Shown: positions 49,420 to 62,676 of the stretch, piece after piece
Position numbering within the stretch: the first letter of the stretch is position 1
How the letters are laid out: each line of letters starts with the position of its first letter
NCBI GenBank assembly: GCA_030390025.1
Contig: CM059432.1
Location: 22,570,001 to 22,634,000, forward strand
Direction of reading: 5' to 3'
Source: Squalus acanthias
Lineage: Eukaryota
Length of the DNA: 64,000 nt
The notes under the pieces: generated by a model
The model's database searches: none
What the model saw: only the letters and a program-made list of their open reading frames with translations
What the model was told of the DNA's origin: nothing
Program-made: the position numbers and the translations under genes

Positions 49420-52182
49420 GAAGGCATCTATTTTAATGCAAGGAGTCTAGCGAATAAGGTGGATGAACTGAAGGTGTTGATAAACACATGGGAGTATGAT
49501 ATTGTTGCTATCACGGAGACATGGTTGAGGGAGGGGCAAGACTGGCAGCTCAATATTCCGGGGTACAGAATCTTCAGGCGAGACAGAGGGGGAGGTATAA
49601 GAGGAGGGGGTGTCGCAATATTAATTAAGGAATCAATTACTGCCATAAGGAGGGATGATATATTAGCAGGTTCCTCCAATGAGGCTATATGGGTGGAACT
49701 TAAAAACAAAAAGGGGGCAAGCACTTTGCTGGGAGCGTACTAGAGGCCCCCAAACAGTCAGGGGGCGATAGAGGAACAGATATGTAGGCAAATCTCAGAG
49801 AAATGTGCAAATAATAGGGTAATAATAATGGGGGATTTCAACTTCCCCAATATTAACTGGGATAGTCAGAGTGTGAAAGGCTTAGAGGGTTCAAAATTCT
49901 TAAAGTGCATCCAGGAGAGCTTTTTGAGCCAGCATGTAGAAAGTCCTACAAGAGAGGGGGCGGTACTGGACCTAATTCTAGGGAATGTGGCCGGCCAAGT
50001 GGAAGAAGTGCTAGTAGGTGAGCACTTTGGTGACAGTGACCATAATACGGTGAGATTTAAGGTGGTCATGGAAAAGGACAGGGATGGGCCGGAAATAAAG
50101 GTTCTAAATTGGGGGAAGGCCGATTTTAATAGGATAAGGCAGGATCTGGCCAAAATGGACTGGGATCAGCTGCTTGTAGGAAAATCCGCATCAGAGCAAT
50201 GGGATTCTTTCAGAAGGGAGATTGAGATCATACAATGGCAGCATGCTCCCGTAAAGGTCAAGGGTGGTTCCAAAAACCGCAGGGAACCTTGGATGTCAGG
50301 GGATATACGAGAATGGATCAGGAAAAAAAGGAGGGCTTTTGGCAGATACAAAATGCTAAAGACGGAGGAAGCACTAGAGGAGTACAAAAAGTGCAGGGGG
50401 ATACTTAAAAAAGAAATTAGGAGATCAAAGAGGGGCCATAAAATAACACTGGCGAGCAAAATAAAGGAAAATCCTAAGATGTTTTATAAGTATATTAAGG
50501 GTAAGAGGATAACTAGGGAAAAAATAGGGCCCATTAGGGACAAAAGTGGCAATCTGTGTGTGGAGCCGGAAGATGTAGGTGGGGTTCTAAATGAATTTTT
50601 TGCATCTGTTTTCACTATGGAGAAGGACGATACAGACATAAAATTAGGGTAGGGGGACTGTGATATACTCGAACATTTTAACATCGAGAGGGAGGAGGTA
50701 TTGGCGGTTTTAGCAGGTCTAAAAATGGATAAATCCCCAGGTCCGGACGAAATGTATCCCAGGCTGCTGTGTGAGGCAAAGGAGGAGATTGCGGGGGCTC
50801 TAACACATATATTCAGAACCTCTCTGGCCACAGGGGATGTGCCAGAGGACTGGAGAACCGCTAATGTAGTACCATTATTCAAGAAAGGGAGTAGGGAAAA
50901 ACCGGGGAACTACAGGCCAGTGAGCCTAACATCAGTAGTAGGAAAATTATTGGAAAAATTTCTGAGGGACAAAATCAGTCTCCACTTGGAGAGGCAAGGA
51001 TCATGTCTGATTAATTTGATTGAATTTTTTGAGGGGGTGACTAGGTGTGTGGATGAGGGTAACGCAGTGGATGTGGTATACATGGATTTCAGTAAGGCCT
51101 TCGATAAAGTCCCGCACAGGAGACTGGTCAAGAAGGTAAGAGCCCATGGAATCCAGGGTGCCTTGGCACATTGGATACAAAACTGGCTCAGTGGCAGAAG
51201 GCAGAGGGTGATGGTCGAAGGTTGTTTTTGTGACTGGAAGCCTGTGGCCAGTGGGGTACCACAGGGATCGGTGCTGGGTCCCTTGCTGTTTGTGGTCTAC
51301 ATTAACGACTTGGATATGAATGTAAAAGGTATGATCAGTAAGTTCGCGGATGATACAAAAATTGGTAGGGTGGTAAATAGCGAGGAGGGTAGCCTCAGTC
51401 TGCAGGACGATATAGATGGGTTGGTCAGATGGGCGGAACAGTGGCAAATGGAATTTAATCCGGAAAAGTGCGAGGTGATGCACTTTGGAGGGACTAACAA
51501 GGCAAGGGAATACACAATGAATGGTAAGACCCTAGGCAAGACGGAGGGTCAGAGGGATCTTGGTGTGCAAGTACACAGATCCCTGAAGGCGGCGGAACAG
51601 GTAGATAAGGTGGTAAAAAAGGCATATGGGATACTTGCATTCATTAGCCGAGGCATAGAATATAAGAGCAAGGAGGTTATGATGGAGTTGTATAAAACAC
51701 TGATTAGGCCACATCTGGAATACTGTGTGCAGTTCTGGTCGCCACACTACAGGAAGGATGTGATCACTTTGGAGAGGGTGCAGAGGAGATTCACCAGAAT
51801 GTTACCCGGGCTGGAGTGCTTCAGCTATGAAGAGAGACTGGGCAGATTGGGTTTGTTTTCCTTGGAGCAGAGGAGGCTGAGGGGGGACATGATTGAGGTG
51901 TACAAAATTATGAGGGGCATAGATAGGATGGATACTAAGGAGCTTTTTCCCTTAGTAGAGGGGTCTATAACAAGGGGGCATAGATTCAAGGTAAAGGGCG
52001 GGAGGTTTAGAAGGGATTTGAGAAAGAACTTTTTCACCCAGAGGGTGGTTGGAGTCTGGAACTCACTGCCTGAAAGGGTTGTGGAGGCAGGAACCCTCAC
52101 AACATTCAAGAAGCATTTGGATGAGCACTTGAAATGCCATAGCATACAAGGCTACGGACCAAATGCTGGAATATGGGATTAG
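49420..52182 (+). pseudogene. CR1 ORF2 (APE endonuclease plus RT), disrupted
   Basis: FNARSL, ITETWL, GDFNFP, SDHN, GVPQGSVLGP, FADD. TAG stops at 49741 and 50650. In-frame deletion of about 13 codons near 51000 relative to the copy at 57638. Confidence 0.92.
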
Positions 52183-52454
52183 ATTAGACAGGGCTTGATG
52201 GCCGGCGCGGACACGATGGGCCGAAGGGCCCCTATCCGTGCTGTATAACGCTATGACTCTATGACTCTATGACTCTACCACAGAGGTCATGTAAGACTGC
52301 AAGGTGAGTACACACCAAGTACTTCATCAGTCATAAATTTACTCTACTAGTATCTAATTGCTGGGTCGTGCATCCACTATTTCTGGGGCTGGCCTGAAAT
52401 TGCAAAGGTTTTTAATAAAATGTTCATTAATCTTCCCTAATGGTTTATGGGTAA

Positions 52455-53600
52455 ATTCACAGCAGGCTGTTAGCAAAATTAAAGCCCATGGGATTAAAGG
52501 GACAGTGGCAGTTTGGATACAAATTGGCTAAGGGGAAGAAAGCAAAGAATAGTGGTGAACAGTTGTTTTTCAGACTGGAGGGAGTATACAGTGGTGTTCC
52601 CCAGGGGTCGGTATTAGGGTCACTGCTCTTTTTGATATATATTAATGACCTGGATTTGGGTATACAGTGCATAATTTCAAAGTTTGCAGATGACACGAAA
52701 CACAGAAATGTAGTAAACAATGAGGAAGATAGCAACAGACATCAGGAGGACATAGACAAACTGGTGAAATGGGCAGACATTGGCAGATGAAACTTACGGT
52801 AGAGAAGTGTGAAGTGATACATTTTGGCAGGAAGAATGAGGAGAGGCAATATAAACTAAAGGGTACAATTATAAAGGGGGTGCAGGAACAGAGAAATATG
52901 GGAGTATATGTACACAAATCTTTGAAAGTGGCAGGACAAGTTGAGAAGGCTGTTAAAAAAGCATATGGGATCCTTAGCTTTATTAATAGAGGCATAGAGT
53001 ACAAAAGCAAGGAAGTTATGCTAAACCTTTATAAAAGACTGGATAGGCCTCAGCTGGAGTATTGTGTCCAATTCTGGGCACCACACTTTAGGAAGCATGT
53101 CAAGGCCTTAGAGAGGGTGCAGAGCAAATTTACTAGAATGGTACTAGTGATGAGGGACTTCAGTTATGTGGAGAGACTGCAGAAACTGGGGTTGTTCTCT
53201 TTAAAGCAGGGAAGGTTAAGAGGAGATGAGATAGAGGTGTTCAAAATCAATTTTAATAGAGTAAATAAGAAGAAATTGTTTCCTGTGGCAGAAGGGTCGG
53301 TAACCAGAGGACACAGATTTAAGGAGATTGGCAAAAGAACCAGAGGTGACATGAAGAAATATATTTTTTTAGAGCGAGCTGTTGTGATCTGAAATGCACC
53401 TCCTGAATGGATGGTGGAAGCAGATTCAATAGTAACTTTCAAAAGGGAATTGGATAAATACTTGAAGAGAAAAAAATACAGGGGTATGGAGAAAGAGCAG
53501 GGAGTGAGACTTATTGGACAGCTCTACCAAAGAGCCGGCACAGGCACAATGGGCCGATTAGACTCCTTCTGTGCTGTATCATTCTATAATTCTATGATTC
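52455..53600 (+). mobile_element. CR1 3' fragment
   Basis: GVPQGSVLG, FADDTK, RPQLEYCVQFW; ATTCTATG-type tail. Confidence 0.9.
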
Positions 53601-54714
53601 TAGGTTGTTGCATTGAGTTATGCACGGTAAGAAACACTTGGTTCAAGCTGTGCAGTATGTTGAGGCAGGAAAAAAGGGGGAGGGAGAATGCATGGCAGCA
53701 CAATTGATTTTGATGTCAATGGGCTAGTGAGGGGAATGGGGCAAAGTGAGCCAGGGCTGCTGCTCCTCATCACTGTGCAGGGGTCTGTGCAGCATAGTGA
53801 GCATAGATGGACATAAGATGTGATGTGCTTCCACGGTCAAATAGTCTGCTGACATTCACTGAATAGACTTGCACATGTAGAATGGTTACTTGGGCAAAGT
53901 CTCAGAGGCTGGCATGGCACATATATAGCTGTACCCGAGTATGAGATGAAGGAAGAAATTGGAGACAACAAAAAATGCTTATAAAAAAGATCAAGAATGG
54001 GCATCAACATTTACATACTTTTCTCAAATAAAAGAACACATGTATTAAAGCTAGATTTGCAAAATGTCTCAACAGAGAGCCATTCCTGTCCTGAACAGTT
54101 TGATGCATGTAATGGCAATGAACCACATACAACATGACTGCACACCAGAGCCACTGATGGAATTCACACTCTTCAGGACTGAAAGCCAGTCTTGTGAGAA
54201 ACTTTGTCCATGGCTGACATTAAAAGTTGTCTTTTACTCATTTTTTTTCTTTTATGCATGAAAAACATAAACATTATTAATGATAAGTGACAGAAACTGC
54301 AAATGAAAATATATCTGCAGAGAAACTCTTTCATGTAAAGAAACAAAATTATTCACATCATTAAAATTAAATCATATTCACTGGATGAGAAAACATATTT
54401 TTTCAGGTTTTATCTCAGTAGAGCACTTTGATTAACCCTTGGACTGCAGGCAAGTTCAGGAAATGCACATTCCCCGAGCTCACATACCATGGCGCTAAAG
54501 CAAAAAGACTTGTGACTCATCACATCTCAAAACATCTCGAAGCATGCAATACATTGTTTGATGTAGGCAAACACAATGGCCGTTGTGTGCATGGCAAGCT
54601 CCCACCGTCACAAGTTCTCTTAGTTCCCTGGCCAAAAGTGGTCTGCAATTGTAAGGTACACATGCTTTGTTTTCTATCTATATATGCTTTGGCGATTCTG
54701 TATCTAATTTACTT

Positions 54715-54754
54715 CACCTGAGGAAGGAGCAATCGATAGCTCCGAAAGCTTGTG
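54715..54754 (+). ncRNA. Minimal hammerhead ribozyme motif in a Penelope pLTR fragment (54715-54843)
   Basis: CAC-CTGAGGA-A-GGAGC-AATCGATA-GCTCC-GAAA-GC-TT-GTG. Confidence 0.7.
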
Positions 54755-55064
54755 ATTTCAAATAAAACTGTTGGACTATAACCTGGTGTTGTGCGACCTC
54801 TCAATTTTGTCCACCCCAGTCCAACACCGGCATCTCCGCATCAAAAATAAATAGCCATGATAACTTGTGTTAACTTGTGTTTTCGTGGTATTGGTTGAGA
54901 GGGACCATTGGCCAGAACATCAGGACAATTTCTGCTCTTGCGTAAATGGTGTTGTGGGATCTTTAATATCCATCTGAACAGGAAGATAGGACATTAGTTT
55001 TGTAAGTGTCAGCCTTGGCTCAGTAGTAGCACACTCGCCTCTGAGTCAGGAGGCTGTGGGTTCA

Positions 55065-55270
55065 GAAATGCACTGCCAGAAAGGGTGGTGGAGGCAGATT
55101 CAATCATGGCTTACAAAAGGGAATTGGATAAGTACCTGAAGGAAAAAAATTTGCAGGGCTACGGAGAAAGGGCAGGGGAGTGGGACTAGCTGAAGTGCTC
55201 TTGCAGAGAGCCGGCACGGGCTCGATGGGTCGAATGGCCTCCTTATGTGCTGTAACCATTCTCTGATACA
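55065..55270 (+). mobile_element. CR1 3' tail fragment
   Basis: Encodes ...KRELDKYLKEKNLQGYGERAG. Its microsatellite tail resumes at about 56987 (TATGATTCTAT). Confidence 0.8.
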
Positions 55271-55272
55271 AA

Positions 55273-56986
55273 GGCCGGGATTTTACTAACCTCGGCAGGT
55301 CTGTGGTGGGCGACGTCGGTGGCGGGTCCCAACCCCGCTGTTGTCTCTATCCTGACCTCTGAAATGAATTTCCCCAGATTGGGCTTGTTAAGTCCACCCA
55401 GCGCATTTGCCGGCCAATTAGAGGAAGCGGGTCTGGTGACGCCATTTGATGATGCGTCATCAGCTGGTTTCCTTAATGGGATCATGGCCAACTTTATTTT
55501 GACATTTGTGCTGTCAGTGTTCTGCAGCATTGAAGTGCTGCAAACACTGACAAGCACTGCAGAAAGGCACAGGGCTGCACCCAGGCTCTCCCATCACAGC
55601 ACGCAGGGAGGTCCTCTTCCTTTCCTGTGGGCGGAAGAGACTGCCCCAGGAGATCAACACAGCCTGGTTGCACATTGCAGAGGAGAGCACAAACAGGGAT
55701 GTGGTCAGGAGGACCTGGGTGAAGTGCTGCAAACGTTTCAATGCTGTCACTGGATCACGAGAAGTTAGTACAAAGCCACACTCAACCTCATCCTGCTGTG
55801 CCACTCATCACATCCCCATCACGTCCTTCTCACACCAACTTACCTTCTCACTCCACCCATCCCTCTCTCTTTATCTATATTATCACATCCCCATCTCACT
55901 AGCCATCCCACACACTCACCCTCATCCTAGTCCAATCATACCAACTAACAACACACAAGGGTAGACACTTGGGTGTTTTATGCAATGTTCATGTAAAGTT
56001 TCTGTTAATATGGCGTCAAACATTGAAACCTTTATTTTCAACACTTTGCGTTCTTGGACAGATTTGTGTGCACCTTTGGAAGTGGCTCAGTGAGTTGCAG
56101 TGAATGGTGAGACATAGCTGTACACCCCGCAATGGTGATGAGTGTGAAAGGAATGGCTTGGGCATTGTAGGGATGCTTTATGGTATTGGTGTAGGGTGGT
56201 GCCAACCTGGCGCATCATGTGGAAGCCAGGGTGTACAGCGTCAAGTGAAGTAAATCTGGCCATGGTGAGCCCATCCCTGGCCTCCCAGGCACCAATGTGG
56301 TCGGGTGCTGATGCACTGTGTCCTGTGCAGCATCAGCTGATTGCGGAGAAGGTTGGTGTCGTTGTTGGTGCTGCTGGTGTGCCTGGTGCTGCTAGTGTTG
56401 GGGTTGAGCATGGTGGGATTCTGAGGACCAAGGTGAGAGAGTATAAAGGGCACCCATGCTGATGGAATAGATGGCAGGTGAAGTACAGATGAAAGAAGCG
56501 ATCTGTCAATGGTGAGAGAGGTAATGAGGTCAGACTGGATGGAGACTTGTGTAAAGACTTGCAGGTGAATATGTTGTGGAAATGCAGTGAGGAAGAGCTT
56601 GTGGCTGAGGGAAGATATCTCTGTAAGGTGGGAGCTTTTACTTTACATTTGAAGTTGTCAACTCAACAGCTGATTCAATGGCCACTGAACTCCCACCTCA
56701 GCTTGACAGACATGATCCACGACCAGCATGGACCCCATGGGCAAGCACGTAAAATCAAAAGGTGAGCTCAAATGTATTCTTAATGATCTCTAAACAAGGT
56801 CATAATTATCTGAATTGGGCCCCCCGCCACCTCGTGTTGGGTCTGCTCAGCGCTGACAGACCGGACATTGGGAAAGGCGAGTGGCGGCGGGTTCAAATCA
56901 GGGTCCCGACCCGCTGGGAAAAAAAAACACTTTCCCACCCGACCCGCCACCGATCGTGTCCGCTGACTCCCCGGAAAATCTCGACT
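55273..56986. mobile_element. Internally deleted Harbinger element (family of element A)
   Basis: Termini GGCCGGGATTTT / AAAATCTCGAC. Myb exon-1 relic on + (RAAPRLS...AWLHIAEE...RRTWVKCCKRFN, donor GTTAGT). Transposase N- and C-termini are fused on the minus strand. Confidence 0.8.
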
Positions 56987-57158
56987 TATGATTCTATGTC
57001 CCACTCTAGAGACTTGAGCGCATAATTTAGGCTGGCACTTCAGTGCAGTACTGAGGGAGTGCTGCAGTGACGAAGGTATCGTGTTTCGAATGAGACATTA
57101 AACCAAAAGGGCTCCATCTTCCCTCTCAAGTGGATGTAAAAGATTTCATGGCACTATT

Positions 57159-60100
57159 AGGGAGCTAGGTTGGAAGCTGAGAGCCAGTACAAACCATGTT
57201 GTAATTTCTGGTTTGTTGCCGGTGCCACGTGCTAGCGAGTTGAGGAACAGGGAGAGAGTGCAGATAAACACGTGGCTGCAGGGATGGTGTAGCGGGGAGG
57301 GTTTCAGTTATGTGGATATTTGGAGCACATTCTGGGGAAGGTGGGACCTGTACAAACAGGACGGTTTGCACCTGAACCAGAGGGGCACCAATATCCTGGG
57401 AGGGAAATTTGCTACGGCTCTTCGGGGGGGTTTAAACTAATTTGTCAGGGGGATGGGAAAAAGGGCTGTAGTCCAGGAGCCAGTGGTGAGTGTAGGGAGG
57501 TACTGAAGAGGGTATCAAGGTCGCAGGAATGTACCGGCAGACAGGAAGATGGCTTGAAGTGTGTCTACTTCAATGCAAGGAGCTTCCGGAATAAGGTAGG
57601 AGAACTTGGAGCGTGGATTGGTACTTGGGACTAAGATGTGGTGGCCATTACGGAGACATGGTTAGAGCAGGGACAGGAATGGTTGTTGGAAGTTCCGGGG
57701 TATAGATGTTTCAGTAAGAGTAGGGAAGTTGGTAAGAAAGGTGGAGGAGTAGCATTGTTAATCAAGGATAGTTTAACAGCGGCAGAAAGGCAGTTCGAGG
57801 GGGATCTGCCGTCTGAGGTAATATGGGCTGAAGTTAGAAATAGGAAAGGAGCGGTCACGTTGTTAGGAGTTTTCTACAGGCCCCCAAATAGTAATAGAGA
57901 TGTGGAGGAAGAAATTGCAAAGCAGATTATGAATAGGTGTGGAGGTCACAGAGTAGTTGTCATGGGTGACTTCAACTTTCCAAATATTGATTGGAACCTT
58001 TATAGGTCAAACAGTTCGGATGGGATAGTTTTTGCACAGTGTGTGCAGGAGGGTTTCCTGACACAATATGTGGATAGGCCGACAAGAGCTGGGGCCACGT
58101 TGGATTTGGTACTGGGCAATGAACCGGGCCAAGTGTTTGATTTGTATGTGGGAGAGCACTTTGGAGATAGTGACCACAATTCGGTAACTTTCACTATTGC
58201 AATGGAGAGGGATAGGGCCATACGGCAGGGCAGGGTTTATAATTGGGGGAGGGGTAATTATGATGCGATTAGGCAAGAATTAGGGAGTATAAGATGGGAA
58301 CAGAAACTATCAGGGAAAGGCACAAACGAAAAGTGGAGCTTTTTCATGGAGCAATTACTGCGTGTCCTTGATAGGTATGTCCCTGTCAGGCAGGGAGGAA
58401 ATGGCCGAGTGAGAGAACCATGGTTCACAAAAGAGGTTGAATGTCTAGTCAAGAGGAAAAAGGAAGCGTATGTAAGGATGAGAAAACAAGGTTCAGTTGG
58501 GTCGATTGAGGAGTACAAGGTAGCAAGGAATGAGCTAAAAAAAGAGCTTAGGAGAGCTAGGAGGGGGCATGAGAAGTCCTTGGCGGGTCGGATCAAGAAA
58601 AACCCCAAGGCCTTTTACTCTTATGTGAGAAATAAAAGAATGACCAGGGTGAGGGTAGGGCCGGTCAAGGACAGTAGTGGGAACTTGTGCATGGAGTCAG
58701 AAGAGATAGGAGAGGTGATGAATGAATACTTTTCGTCAGTGTTCACCGAGGAGAGGGGCCATGTTCTTGAGGATGAGAGTGTGATAAAGGTGGATAGGCT
58801 GGAGGTGGTAGATGTTCTGAGGGAAGATGTTTTAGCAATTTTGAAGAACCTGAGGGTCGATAAGTCCCCTGGGCCAGATGGGATATATCCTAGGATTCTT
58901 TGGGAGGCAAGGGAGGAGATTGCAGAGCCTCTGGCTTTGATCTTTGGGTCCTCACTGTCCACGGGAATGGTGCCAGAGGACTGGAGAGTGGCGAATGTTG
59001 TTCCTCTCTTCAAGAAAGGAAATAGGAATGACCCTGGTAATTATAGGCCGGTTAGTCTTACTTCAGTGGTTGGTAAGATAATGGAAAAGGTCCTGAGGGA
59101 TAGGATTTATGACCATTTGGAAAGGGGCAACTTAATCAGGGATAGTCAACACGGATTCGTGAAGGGTAAGTCTTGCCTAACAAATTTGATTGAATTCTTT
59201 GAGGAGGTAACTAAGTGTGTGGATGAAGGTAGAGCGGTTGATGTCGTATACATGGATTTTAGTAAGGCATTTGATAAGGTTCCCCATGGTCGGCTCATGA
59301 AGAAAGTAAGGAGTTGTGGGATAGAGGGAAATTTGGCCGATTGGATAAGTAACTGGCTATCTCATAGAAGGCAGAGGGTGGTGGTGGATGGAACATTTTC
59401 GGACTGGAGACCAGTTACCAGCGGTGTGCCACAGGGGTCGGTGCTGGGTCCTCTGCTGTTTGTGATTTTTATCAATGACTTGGAGGAGGGGACTGAAGGG
59501 TGGATCAGTAAATTTGCTGATGACACCAAGATTGGTGGAGCTGTGGATGAGGTGGAGGGCTGTTGTAGGCTGCAAAGAGACATTGATAGGATGCAGAGCT
59601 GGGCCGAAAAATGGCAGATGGAATTTAACCCTGATAAGTGCGAGGTGATTCATTTTGGCAGGGCAAATTTGAATAAGGATTACAGGGTCAACGGCAGGGT
59701 TCTGAGGAACGTGGAGGAACAGAGGGATCTGGGGGTTCATATCCACAGATCTCTGAAGGTTGCCACTCAAGTGGATAGAGCAGTAAAGAAGGCCTATGGT
59801 GTGTTGGCGTTTATTAACAGAGGGTTTGAGTTTAAGAACCGTGAGGTTATGCTGCAACTGTACAGAACCTTGGTGAGACCACATTTGGAATATTGTGTGC
59901 AGTTCTGGTCACCTCACTATAGGAAGGACGTGGAAGCATTGGAAAGAGTGCAAAGGAGATTTACCAGGATGCTGCCTGGTTTGGGGGGGAGGTCTTATGA
60001 GGAAAGATTGAGGGAGTTGGGGCTTTTCTCTTTAGAGCAGAGGAGGATGAGAGGCGACTTAATAGAGGTTTATAAGATGATGAGGGGGATAGATAGAGTG

Positions 60101-60424
60101 GATGTTCAGAGACTATTTCCTCGGGTAGAGGCAGCTGTTACAAGGGGGCATAACTATAAGGTGCATGGGGGGAGATATAGAAGGGATGTCCGAGGTAGAT
60201 TCTTTACTCAGAGAGTGGTTGGGGTGTGGAATGGACTGCCTGCTGTGATAGTGGAGTCTGACACTTTAGGAACTTTCAAGCGGTTATTGGATAAGCACAT
60301 GGAGCACACCAGAGTGATAGGGAGTGTGATAGCTTGATCTTGGTCTCGGACAATGCTCGGCACAACATCGAGGGCCGAAGGGCCTGTACTGTGCTGTACT
60401 GTTCTATGTTCTATGTTCTATGTT
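57159..60424 (+). mobile_element. 5'-truncated CR1 with ORF1 end and nearly intact ORF2
   Basis: ORF1 end DGLHLN...GGLN*. ORF2 is open 57638-60337 after a single TAA at 57632. (GTTCTAT)n tail; CTATT at both junctions. Confidence 0.95.
57638..60337 (+). pseudogene. CR1 ORF2 endonuclease-reverse transcriptase (899 open codons downstream of one nonsense codon)
   Basis: ITETWL, GDFNFP, SDHN, QHGF, GVPQGSVLGP, FADD. Confidence 0.92.
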
Positions 60425-61837
60425 CTATTCAAAGAAGAGCAGGGGAATTTTCACAGTGTTCTGGTCAATATTTATCCCTCAAAAAACACCACCAAAATTA
60501 TTTATTTCATTGCTGTTTGTGTGACCTTGCTGTGTGCAAATTGTCTGCTGCATTCCTTACATTACAACAGTGACTACACTTCAAGAGTACTTCATTGGCT
60601 GTAAAGCGCTTTGGGAAGTCCTGGAGTGGTGAAAGGTGCTATAAGTTTTTCTTTAGTTGAATCTCTTATCTGAAATACGGCATCTCCAAAATGCAGCTTT
60701 CTCTCAGCACTGTAGTGGCAGCCTAGATTTTGTATTCAAATCTGGAGTGAGATAAACTTTTTGAGACATGACATGTGGTAAGTGCAGCACACTTGGGAGG
60801 AACAGGTTGAATCTATAATTCCCTAAACTTTCCAACACTGGGGGTTTTCTTCACCTCATGTCTTGGTCTGTTGTAGACTGAGTGATAGCGATTTATTGCT
60901 ATGATTAGCCAACAACTCCATTATCATTTTATCATGCGACTACCAGAATGGTAGAAGGCGAACTAGATGGACCTTAGTCTTTTGTCATCCACCAATTCCT
61001 TTGTTCCTGATTTAGAGACAAGAGTGCTGCCAACTGAACACACTCAACTGGCAGAAACAGCTTCATTATTGTAACATTAACCATGCATAACTAAAACACT
61101 GAAAGACTATTTCAGATTTTAAAATAAGCACTCTTTCTAGGAAATTCCTGATCAGCTGCCATAACTTCAATTAGTGGAAACCCCGTTTACGCACTTTTCT
61201 TTCCACCGAAGTTACAGCGGCCAATCAGGAGAACCCTGAGGAAATTCCCGGCCTTTATGTCCGCGAGACCTATCTTCCCTTCCCCCCTTTCACATGTCTT
61301 CATTTCTTATTTTTATCATTTTAACATTTTCCTCCTTTTCCCCTATCTATTCCTAATCTTTCATCTCTGTTTCTAAATTTCCTATTATACATTTCCCTTA
61401 TGATACCACTATGGACTCTCCAATCTCTTGGGCAATAAATGTGTGTGTTTTTTTTAATGAGCTTGTTACTTGTTAATATACTAAGTATAAAGGCCAATTT
61501 GTTGCAGTTTTTTTACAACCCTCTTGAAAATAATAGTTGCCTCAAGCCATTGTTATATTGTATCCCCTGAATCTTAAAACCATGCCCACTTGTTCCACTT
61601 CTTACATTTTACTCGGATCAATTTTTATTGATTCCTTTCATGATTCGAATTATTTGTATCCAATGGACTCTTTGTTCAGTGAATGCTCTAAATCATTTTA
61701 AAGCTTCATCATCATAACTACATTTCAGAATCATCTTAATTTCTCTTCTCTGCTTTTTTTTATCTGAAGCATGTGTGCCTTTCAGAGACCAGAAGTGCAG
61801 ACAATAACAATGCTTTCCCCCAACTCGGTCCTCTCAA

Positions 61838-62425
61838 CACAAGAACATAAGAAATAGGAGGAGGAGTAGGCCGTACAGCCCCCTCGAGGCTGCTCCACCA
61901 TTCAATAAGATCATGGCTGATCTTTGACCTCCACTCCACTTTCTCGCCTGATCCCAATATCCCTTGATTCCCCTGGAGTCCAAATATCTATCTATCTCAG
62001 CCTTGAATATACTCAACGATTCAGCATGCACAGCCCTTTGGGGTAGAGAATTCCAAAGATTCACAACCCTCTGAGTGAAGAAATTCCTCCTCATCTCAGT
62101 CTTAAATGGCTGACCCCTTATCCTGAGACTATGCCCCCTAGTTCTAGACACTCCAGACAGGGGAAACAACCTCTCAACATCTACCCTGTCAATCACCTTC
62201 AGTATCTTATATGTTTCAATGAGATCACATCTCATTCTTCTAAACTCCAGAGAGTATAGGCCCAATCTACTCAATCTCTCCTCATAGGACAACCCTCTCA
62301 TCCCAGGGATCAATCTCGTGAACCTTCATTGCATGCCTCTAAAGCAAGTATGTCCTTTCTCAGATAAGGAGACCAAAACTGTGCACAGTACTCCAGGTGT
62401 GGTCTCACCAAAGCCCTGTACAATT
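61838..62425 (-). mobile_element. CR1 3' fragment
   Basis: ORF 61834-62313 encodes the CR1 RT C-terminus. Confidence 0.9.
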
Positions 62426-62676
62426 GTATTAAGACTTCCTCCAGTCCTAGCATCCATATTCATCTTAATTAACTTATCCATATGGACTGAATCCAAGCCC
62501 TTCATTTTATTGAAAACAACAACAACAACTTACATTTATATAGCACCTTTAATGTAGTAAAATATCCCAAGGCGCAAACCTCAGTCATATACCCTCTGAC
62601 CTTATATTCCTCTGAAGTAAATACTCCAACTCTTAAAATATGCCCTAATAATAAGCCCTTAATACATAGATACTTA

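Larger units (their letters stand above)
47550..52277 (+). mobile_element. Full-length CR1 LINE
   Basis: Tandem 5' array, ORF1, ORF2 and (ATGACTCT)n 3' tail. Confidence 0.93.
55008..60655 (+). mobile_element. DeuSINE split into three pieces (55008-55064, about 56998-57158, 60425-60655) by nested insertions
   Basis: The pieces are collinear with the intact copy at 37267-37722. Confidence 0.85.
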
